From assembly GCA_041661445.1 (NCBI GenBank), contig JBAZUK010000001.1, positions 66,027-130,026 of the forward strand: a DNA stretch of 64,000 nucleotides, read 5' to 3'. The translations under genes and the position numbers were made by a program. The notes beneath the pieces were generated by a model. The model saw only the letters and a program-made list of their open reading frames with translations, searched no databases and was not told where the DNA came from. Positions 57,775-64,000 of the stretch are shown piece after piece (position 1 is the first letter of the stretch; the number at the start of each line of letters is the position of its first letter). The stretch comes from Parachlamydiales bacterium. Its GTDB lineage: Bacteria > Chlamydiota > Chlamydiia > Chlamydiales > SM23-39.

Positions 57775-58229
57775 TGACAAGTCTTTCCAATTTAAAAAAT
57801 ACTACGAAAATTGTTAAAACAAAAAAGTTGCTCGGAAGAGGAGTAGGTTCAGGTCATGGTAAGACATCCGGAAGAGGAAACAAGGGATATGGATCTAGAA
57901 GAGGAAGCACAAAAAGATATGGTTATGAAGGTGGTCAAAAAAGATTATTTACTAAACTACCTCGCAGAGGATTTGGAAGAGGTAAATTTTTAGAGCCGGT
58001 ATTTGCAATTAACCTTTGTAAAATCGAAGAAAATTTTAACGATAAAGAGATCGTTAATATTAAGTCACTTTATGAAAAAGGGATAGCTTCTAGAAAATAT
58101 AAAGATGCAGATCTGAAGATATTGGCTAACGGCGATTTAACTAAAAAAGTCATTATTGAAGCAAATATGTTTTCAAAAAGTGCATTAAAAAAATTAGAAG
58201 AAAAAGAAATTCAATTTAAGCAGATATAG
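57774..58229 (+). CDS. rplO: 50S ribosomal protein L15
   Basis: Contains GRGVGSGHGKTSGRGNKG. It follows rpsE directly, with no rpmD between them. Confidence 0.94.
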   Translation: MTSLSNLKNTTKIVKTKKLLGRGVGSGHGKTSGRGNKGYGSRRGSTKRYGYEGGQKRLFTKLPRRGFGRGKFLEPVFAINLCKIEENFNDKEIVNIKSLYEKGIASRKYKDADLKILANGDLTKKVIIEANMFSKSALKKLEEKEIQFKQI

Positions 58230-58233
58230 TAAG

Positions 58234-59604
58234 ATGATAAGTGCGATTAAGAAGATTTTTTCTATAAGTGAACTAAAAGCGAAAATAATATTTACACTTT
58301 TGCTGCTTCTAGTTTGCAGAATTGGAGCTTTTATTCCAGTACCTGGAATAAATCAGGAAGCTGCTTTGGCGTTATATAAATCGGCATCTGGCGGCGGGCA
58401 AAACTTGTTTCAGCTTATGGATATTTTTTCAGGCGGTGCTTTTAAGCAACTTACAGTTGTAGCATTAGGAATTATGCCGTATATATCGGCATCTATTATA
58501 ATGCAGTTGTTAGTGGCAATAGTGCCATCTTTACAAAGAGAAATAAGAGAAAATCCTGAAACTGGACGAAGAAAAGTTGCAAAATATACGAGATTTGGCA
58601 CGATTATTTTAGGTCTTCTTCAAGCTACATTTATTGCTCGATATGCACTAGGCATGAATATGAGTTATCCAGGGATCGTTGCGAGTGAAATGTTAAATTC
58701 GACAATTGCAGGATTTCCGTGGTTATTTTACTTAACCGTGATGCTCACAATCACAACTGGAACTGTATTGTTAATGTGGATAGGAGAACAAATTACTGAA
58801 AAAGGAATTGGAAATGGCATAAGCCTAATAATTACTGTTGGAATTTTAGCTTCCCTTCCTGGAACGATTGGTTCTTTATTAAAACAGCTTAATTTAGAAT
58901 CGCAGGAAGTTGGTCAGCTTACATTTTCATCGCTTATGGTATTGATTGGTGTTTTTGTTGCAATAATTATTGGTACTATTTTAATTATTCAGGGACAAAG
59001 ACGAATCCCTGTTCAATATGCCAGAAGAGTTGTGGGAATTCATGAAGTGCAAGGATCTTCAGCACATATTCCTCTAAAAATTAATTATGCTGGTGTTATA
59101 CCAGTGATTTTTGCTTCTTCATTATTAATGTTCCCAGCGACTATAGGTCAATTATTAGGTCAAGGTACCATCATGGGTAAAATTGCTAATATGTTAACTC
59201 CAGGAAGCTGGGTTTATTTATGTTTGTATGTCTTTTTGATTTTATTTTTTACCTACTTTTGGACTGCAACTCAATTTAATCCGGAGCAAATTGCCTCTGA
59301 TATGAAAAAGAATGGAGCTTTTATTCCGGGTATCAGACAAGGAAAACCAACTCAAGAGTTTTTAGAAACAACAATGAATAAAATTACTTTGATAGGCGGA
59401 GTTTTTTTAGCGTTTATCGCTATACTTCCAATATTAGTAAGTAAAGTTTTAGGTGTTGATCCGAGAATTAGTCATTTTTTTGGAGGAACATCACTTTTGA
59501 TTTTAGTGGGAGTTATTTTAGATACTACTCAGCAAATTGAATCTCATCTTTTAATGAAGAGATATGAAGGTTTTATGAAAAAAGGAAAAATAAGAGGTAG
59601 ATAA
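58234..59604 (+). CDS. secY: preprotein translocase subunit SecY
   Basis: 456 aa with 10 TM segments. Contains [16 protein letters not shown] and [17 protein letters not shown]. Confidence 0.96.
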   Translation: MISAIKKIFSISELKAKIIFTLLLLLVCRIGAFIPVPGINQEAALALYKSASGGGQNLFQLMDIFSGGAFKQLTVVALGIMPYISASIIMQLLVAIVPSLQREIRENPETGRRKVAKYTRFGTIILGLLQATFIARYALGMNMSYPGIVASEMLNSTIAGFPWLFYLTVMLTITTGTVLLMWIGEQITEKGIGNGISLIITVGILASLPGTIGSLLKQLNLESQEVGQLTFSSLMVLIGVFVAIIIGTILIIQGQRRIPVQYARRVVGIHEVQGSSAHIPLKINYAGVIPVIFASSLLMFPATIGQLLGQGTIMGKIANMLTPGSWVYLCLYVFLILFFTYFWTATQFNPEQIASDMKKNGAFIPGIRQGKPTQEFLETTMNKITLIGGVFLAFIAILPILVSKVLGVDPRISHFFGGTSLLILVGVILDTTQQIESHLLMKRYEGFMKKGKIRGR

Positions 59605-59605
59605 C

Positions 59606-59986
59606 ATGCCAAGAATTATTGGAATAGATATTCCAGCTAATAAGAGATTAATAATTAGTTTAACATATATTTACGGAATTGGAAACGCTTTATCGGAACA
59701 GATAATTAAAAAGTTAAAATTAAATCCAGACATGAAGGCCGCGCAACTAACAGATGAAGATGTAGCAAAGTTGAACTCTATTTTGCAATCCGAATATGTT
59801 GTTGAAGGTGATTTGAGAAGACAAGTACAAAACAACATAAAACGGTTGGTTTCTATACATTGCTATAGAGGTTTAAGGCATAGACTAGGTCTCCCCGTAA
59901 GAGGTCAGAGAACTAGGTCAAATGCAAGGACTAGAAAAGGTAAAAAGAAAACAGTTGCCGGAAAGAAACAAGCACCTAAAACATAA
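59606..59986 (+). CDS. rpsM: 30S ribosomal protein S13
   Basis: Contains [14 protein letters not shown] and [17 protein letters not shown]. It follows secY directly, with no adk/map/infA/rpmJ between them. Confidence 0.95.
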   Translation: MPRIIGIDIPANKRLIISLTYIYGIGNALSEQIIKKLKLNPDMKAAQLTDEDVAKLNSILQSEYVVEGDLRRQVQNNIKRLVSIHCYRGLRHRLGLPVRGQRTRSNARTRKGKKKTVAGKKQAPKT

Positions 59987-60004
59987 TAAATAAGGAGTGG
60001 GAAC

Positions 60005-60421
60005 TTGGCTAAACAACAACAAACAGATAAAGCACAAAATACTGTAAAAAAAGTAAAAAAGAAGACACAAAGAACTATTCCTATGGGGGTAGCGCATGTT
60101 AAATCAACTTTTAATAATACAATAGTAACAATAACAGATCCTGCTGGTAATGTAATTGCCTGGTCATCAGCTGGTAAAAGTAAATTTTCAGGCTCAAAAA
60201 AATCATCGGCTTTTGCAGGAACTGTTGCTGCTCAAAATGCTGGAAAAGATGCAGTATCAATGGGAATGAAAGAATGTGAAGTTTATTTAAACGGACCTGG
60301 AACAGGAAGAGAGTCAGCAGTTAGAGGATTGCAGTCTGCTGGATTAACTATAACATTAATTAAAGATACAACTCCGGTACCTCATAATGGTTGCAGACCG
60401 AGAAAAAGAAGGCGCGTATAA
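60005..60421 (+). CDS. rpsK: 30S ribosomal protein S11
   Basis: TTG start 7 nt after AAGGAG. Contains [18 protein letters not shown] and [13 protein letters not shown]. Confidence 0.95.
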   Translation: MAKQQQTDKAQNTVKKVKKKTQRTIPMGVAHVKSTFNNTIVTITDPAGNVIAWSSAGKSKFSGSKKSSAFAGTVAAQNAGKDAVSMGMKECEVYLNGPGTGRESAVRGLQSAGLTITLIKDTTPVPHNGCRPRKRRRV

Positions 60422-60456
60422 AGCCTATTATAAATTAATATGGGAGATAAATAAAT

Positions 60457-61551
60457 ATGTCAGTAATATTTGGCAAATTCGAATTACCTGAAAATATAAA
60501 AATCGAAGAAGATGAATCAAAACCAAATTATGTAAAATTCATTGCAGAAGCTTTTGAAAGAGGTTTTGGGCATACTCTTGGAAACGCATTGAGAAGAATT
60601 TTGTTAGCTTCTATTGAAGCTCCTGCTATTGTTTCAATTCGAATTGAAAAGGTTGCTCATGAATATACTGCTATCGATGGGGTTATAGAAGATATGACTC
60701 ATATAATTTTGAATCTGAAAGGAGCTCTTTTAAGATACCTACCTGTTGAAGGCGATGAAAGTCCTAAAGGTATAAAAATGATTTCTAAGATCCTAGATAT
60801 CACAGATGAGGATATTGAGAAAGCAAAAGGGAATTATATAGTAAGATTGAAAGATATAATGGGACCTTCTAATTTTGAACTAGTTAATCCGGAACTTCCA
60901 ATTTTTACTGCAACAAAACCAACTACAAGAAAAATAGATATTAAAGTTGCAATCGGAAGAGGTTATGTTCCTTCAGAAAGACATAATTTTGAAATTCAAA
61001 CAGATGAAATTGTAATTGATTCGGCATTTTCTCCCGTAATGCTGGTAAATTATTATGTTGAGAATACCCGTGTCGGACAAGATACAGATTATGATAAACT
61101 TATTCTAGAAGTTGTTACTGATGGCAGAATTACACCTCAGGAAGCTTTAACATTTGCTTCTCAAATCGGTGTTAAGCATTTTCAGATTTTTGATAAGTTG
61201 AAAACTCTTAAATTGAATTTTGAAGAAAAAGAAGTTGAAGAAAATAAAGATAGAGACGAACTTCTTGCAAAATTAGCTTTAAGAATTAATGAAATAGAGT
61301 TATCTGTTCGTTCAACAAATTGTCTAGCAAGTGCTCATATTGATACAATAGGAGAGCTTGTGGTAATGCCGGAATCTGATATGTTAAGATTTAGAAATTT
61401 TGGTAAAAAATCTTTAACTGAAATAAAAGAAAAATTGACAGAGATGGGGTTATCCTTAGGAATGGATTTAAGCAGATATGGCATTGATAAGGATAATGTA
61501 AAAATTATTGTTCAAAAATATTTAGAAGAAAAAAAGGAAAATGAAGCATGA
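60457..61551 (+). CDS. rpoA: DNA-directed RNA polymerase alpha subunit
   Basis: Contains FERGFGHTLGNALRRILL and the C-terminal domain ELSVRSTNCL. It follows rpsK directly, with no rpsD between them. Confidence 0.95.
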   Translation: MSVIFGKFELPENIKIEEDESKPNYVKFIAEAFERGFGHTLGNALRRILLASIEAPAIVSIRIEKVAHEYTAIDGVIEDMTHIILNLKGALLRYLPVEGDESPKGIKMISKILDITDEDIEKAKGNYIVRLKDIMGPSNFELVNPELPIFTATKPTTRKIDIKVAIGRGYVPSERHNFEIQTDEIVIDSAFSPVMLVNYYVENTRVGQDTDYDKLILEVVTDGRITPQEALTFASQIGVKHFQIFDKLKTLKLNFEEKEVEENKDRDELLAKLALRINEIELSVRSTNCLASAHIDTIGELVVMPESDMLRFRNFGKKSLTEIKEKLTEMGLSLGMDLSRYGIDKDNVKIIVQKYLEEKKENEA

Positions 61552-61979
61552 GACATCTAAAAGGAAGAGCTAAATTAGGTAAAACAGGTGCACATAAAAG
61601 ATGTATGTTTGCAAATATGTTAAAGTCGCTGATAGATTGCGAACGAATTGAAACTACACTTGCTAAGGGAAAAGAATTAAAAAAATATGCTGATAAAATT
61701 ATCACTTTAGCAAAAAAAGATGATATAGCTGCAAAAAGACTTGTTAAATCTAGATTGATGATAAGATATAATACGCTTACTTCAAAAGAGAAAAAAGAAG
61801 TAAAACTGAAGAATGATCTTTCATCATATAATACAGATCGTAAGGTTATTAAAAAACTTTTTACCGATCTAAAAGAAAGATATCTTCAAAGAAATGGCGG
61901 TTATACAAGAATTATTATTGGTGACAAAGTTCGCGTTGGCGATGGTTCTACAAAATGCTTTGTTGAGTATATTAAATAA
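61548..61979 (+). CDS. rplQ: 50S ribosomal protein L17
   Basis: Contains MRHLKGRAKLGKTGAHKR and GGYTRII. ATGA overlap with rpoA. Confidence 0.94.
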   Translation: MRHLKGRAKLGKTGAHKRCMFANMLKSLIDCERIETTLAKGKELKKYADKIITLAKKDDIAAKRLVKSRLMIRYNTLTSKEKKEVKLKNDLSSYNTDRKVIKKLFTDLKERYLQRNGGYTRIIIGDKVRVGDGSTKCFVEYIK

Positions 61980-62060
61980 AGAAAGTAAAAAATTCTTTTG
62001 CATTACTTAACAATCTGAATTATTATAAAAAAAAATAATTATATATTTGGAGGCATTTAT

Positions 62061-63065
62061 ATGATCAAAATTGCAATTAACGGCTTTGGCAGAATCGGAA
62101 GATTAGTATTTCGTTTAGCTCATAAACATAAAAAAATTAAGATTGTTGCTATTAATGATTTAATACCTACTTTTAACTTAACATATCTTTTGAAATATGA
62201 TTCAGTTCATGGCAAATTCGAGGGAGAAATTAAAGAGACTGAAGATCAGATAATTGTTGACGGTGAAAAGATTTTAATCACAAAAGAAAAAGACCCTGAA
62301 AAACTTCCATGGAAAGATTTAGATGTAGATTATGTTATTGAATCTACAGGAAGATTTACACAATTAGAAGATGCAAAAAAACATATTACCGCTGGAGCGA
62401 AAAGAGTAGTTATATCAGCTCCGGCAAAAGATGGCGTTCCAACATTTGTTTGTGGTGTAAACCATAAAAAATATAATCCAAAAACAGATTTTGTTGTGTC
62501 GAATGCATCTTGCACAACAAATTGCCTTGCTCCGATTACAAAAGTATTGTTAGATAATTTTGGTTTCGAAGAAGGTTTAATGACTACAATTCATGCTGTC
62601 ACAGCTACACAGCCGACAGTTGATGGCCCTTCGCATAAAGATTTGCGAGGCGGAAGATCTGCAATGTCTAATATTATTCCATCCTCAACTGGAGCTGCAA
62701 AAGTTGTTGGCCTCTGCATTCCGGAAGTAAAAGGAAAGTTAACTGGAATGGCATTTAGAGTTCCAACCGTTGATGTATCAGTCGTGGATTTGACAGTAAA
62801 ATTAAAGAACTCCACAAATTATGAAGAAATTTGTAATGCTATGAAAAAAGAATCACTCGGAGAAATGAAAGGTATTTTAGGTTATACTGATGAACCTGTT
62901 GTTTCTACAGATTTTATTTCTTCAACTTATTCCAGCATTTTTGATAAGGGAGCGGGAATTGCTTTAACTGACAAATTCTATAAGATTGTTGCATGGTATG
63001 ATAATGAAATGGGATATTCTCAAAGAATAGTTGATTTAGTTGAATACATGGCATCAAAAGAATAA
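62061..63065 (+). CDS. gapA: glyceraldehyde-3-phosphate dehydrogenase
   Basis: GGAGG SD upstream. Contains INGFGRIGR, catalytic [12 protein letters not shown], and WYDNEMGYS. Confidence 0.95.
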   Translation: MIKIAINGFGRIGRLVFRLAHKHKKIKIVAINDLIPTFNLTYLLKYDSVHGKFEGEIKETEDQIIVDGEKILITKEKDPEKLPWKDLDVDYVIESTGRFTQLEDAKKHITAGAKRVVISAPAKDGVPTFVCGVNHKKYNPKTDFVVSNASCTTNCLAPITKVLLDNFGFEEGLMTTIHAVTATQPTVDGPSHKDLRGGRSAMSNIIPSSTGAAKVVGLCIPEVKGKLTGMAFRVPTVDVSVVDLTVKLKNSTNYEEICNAMKKESLGEMKGILGYTDEPVVSTDFISSTYSSIFDKGAGIALTDKFYKIVAWYDNEMGYSQRIVDLVEYMASKE

Positions 63066-63097
63066 AATATATTAAAAAATTTAAAAAATGGTGAATA

Positions 63098-63706
63098 GTG
63101 AATTTTACAAGAGAACCAATAATCGAAACGGTCATCACTCCTAAAGAAGGCAGCAAGTTGGTTGTAAGAAGTTCCAAAGGATCAGAGCGAGAAGAATATT
63201 TAGTCGATGCTATTGAAATAATAAATTTTGGAAATTCTATCTTTTTTAGGTCTACAGAGAGACCTAATTCTTTTTTAGTTCCAGCAGCGGATTATGAAGT
63301 TGTTGAGCTTAAAGAAGCAAAAATGATATTAAAAAATGCTACTATAGATAAATCTATAAAAATTGGTGGCGGTAAATCTCCTGAAGAAGATAAATCGCAA
63401 AGAAGAAAGAAATTAATTAAAAGAAAGCAACATGATTTAGAAGTGAAACCTCCGGTTTTGGAATCCGAAAAAGGAGGTGGCTCTGATGATGAAACTCAAG
63501 TTTCATCATCCATCCTACGAAAGTTGTTTCCACCACCACCCAACCTTATCAAAGAAAAGCTCGCCAGTATTAAAAGTGCTGAAAAGATTGATGAGAGTGT
63601 TTCAGAAGAATTAGTTAAAGGAAATGGACATGAAGCAATGGCTGAAGAAAAATCAGCAGAGAGTTTTGTTCCGCTAAAAGAAGAAATTGAAAAAAAAGAA
63701 GAATAA
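63098..63706 (+). CDS. Chlamydiae-specific protein at the CT504 position (GrgA-like transcription factor candidate)
   Basis: GTG start. The N-terminal block NFTREPIIETVITPKEGSKLVVRSSKG...FLVPAADYEVVELKEAKMILKN resembles what I recall of CT504/GrgA. It is followed by a Lys/Arg-rich segment (KSQRRKKLIKRKQH) and an acidic tail. It lies directly downstream of gapA, as in C. trachomatis. Confidence 0.5.
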   Translation: MNFTREPIIETVITPKEGSKLVVRSSKGSEREEYLVDAIEIINFGNSIFFRSTERPNSFLVPAADYEVVELKEAKMILKNATIDKSIKIGGGKSPEEDKSQRRKKLIKRKQHDLEVKPPVLESEKGGGSDDETQVSSSILRKLFPPPPNLIKEKLASIKSAEKIDESVSEELVKGNGHEAMAEEKSAESFVPLKEEIEKKEE

Positions 63707-63757
63707 TTCTTTTGAAAAAAAATAACTAATAGGTAAAATGTTTTGAGTTTAGTAAAT

Positions 63758-63843
63758 GCTCGAATGGTGGAATAGGTAGACACAAAGGACTTAAAATCCT
63801 TTGGGGGGCAACCTCCGTGCTGGTTCGAGTCCAGTTTCGAGCA
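63758..63843 (+). tRNA. tRNA-Leu (anticodon UAA), class II with long variable arm; CCA not encoded
   Basis: Acceptor GCTCGAA pairs with TTCGAGC, with discriminator A. The anticodon stem AAGGA/TCCTT encloses the loop CTTAAAA (anticodon TAA). The variable arm is GGGGG-CAA-CCTCC. The T arm is GCTGG-TTCGAGT-CCAGT. Confidence 0.9.
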
Positions 63844-63862
63844 TTTCTTTTTATAAGTTTTC

Positions 63863-64000
63863 AGTTAATTTTTTGTTAAAAGATCAAAAAATTCATGGTT
63901 TAAATAATAAATATCTTTTCCCTTTTTAATGCTTTTTAAGAACCCAATTTTTTCTAATTGTTTCAAATAAAGCGAAGCTGTCTGTCTATGTGCTATTTTT
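63863..64000 (-). CDS. 3' end (45 codons) of a gene running off the right edge; winged-helix C-terminus resembling Fic/DOC-family proteins
   Basis: The reverse complement reads ...KIAHRQTASLYLKQLEKIGFLKSIKKGKDIYYLNHEFFDLLTKN*. The pattern (TA-x-x-YL-x-x-L-x-x-x-G-x-L-x-x-x-K-x-G-K-x-x-x-Y) is typical of the C-terminal wHTH of Fic proteins. This is a weak, fragment-only call. Confidence 0.35.

Noticed and set aside
1-64000. CRISPR arrays, rRNA genes, insertion sequences, integrases and prophage genes
   Set aside because: I found no regularly spaced direct repeats, no rRNA-like GC-rich conserved stretches, and no transposase or integrase motifs in any frame. The window is contiguous housekeeping sequence apart from a few orphan ORFs.

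Overview
This is a 64-kb, visibly AT-rich window (roughly 30% G+C by eye, not computed). It is densely coding and looks like core genome from an obligate-intracellular member of the phylum Chlamydiota (Chlamydiae). Several lineage markers support that placement. The N-terminus of an ATP/ADP translocase (Npt1/Tlc) lies at the left edge. The window also holds an EUO-type developmental repressor, a giant fused SecDF, the hexose-phosphate transporter UhpC, Mip, Tsp, RsbW and a GrgA(CT504)-like protein. The r-protein cluster starts at rplC and lacks rpsN, rpmD, infA, rpmJ and rpsD. As far as I recall C. trachomatis CT numbering, gene order follows it block by block: CT536-538; argS/murA; gltX-euo-recJ-secDF-uppS-cdsA-cmk-plsC; trxA-spoU-mip-hisS-uhpC-dnaE-...-rsbW-...-dacF; lnt-lpxC-fabZ-lpxA-fmt-CT529 position-rplC...rplQ-gapA-CT504. 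I found no rRNA, CRISPR array, transposase or phage genes. One tRNA-Leu(UAA) lies near the right edge, followed by the 3' end of a Fic-like gene. The most notable observations are these. (1) pgk is intact apart from an in-frame TGA exactly at the invariant substrate-binding Arg codon, and the ATP/ADP translocase gene lies directly downstream. (2) cmk and plsC are fused into one reading frame behind uppS-cdsA. (3) MurA carries the Cys-to-Asp active-site change. (4) Several lineage-restricted membrane ORFs have Inc-like bilobed hydrophobic domains. One sits at the CT529/Cap1 position and abuts, with no gap between its stop codon and the next start codon, an unannotated 48-codon ORF with a prepilin-like leader. 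(5) Unannotated small ORFs and palindromic sites lie next to the euo locus. All homology statements rest on reading motifs in the translations and on recalled family knowledge. No database search was run.
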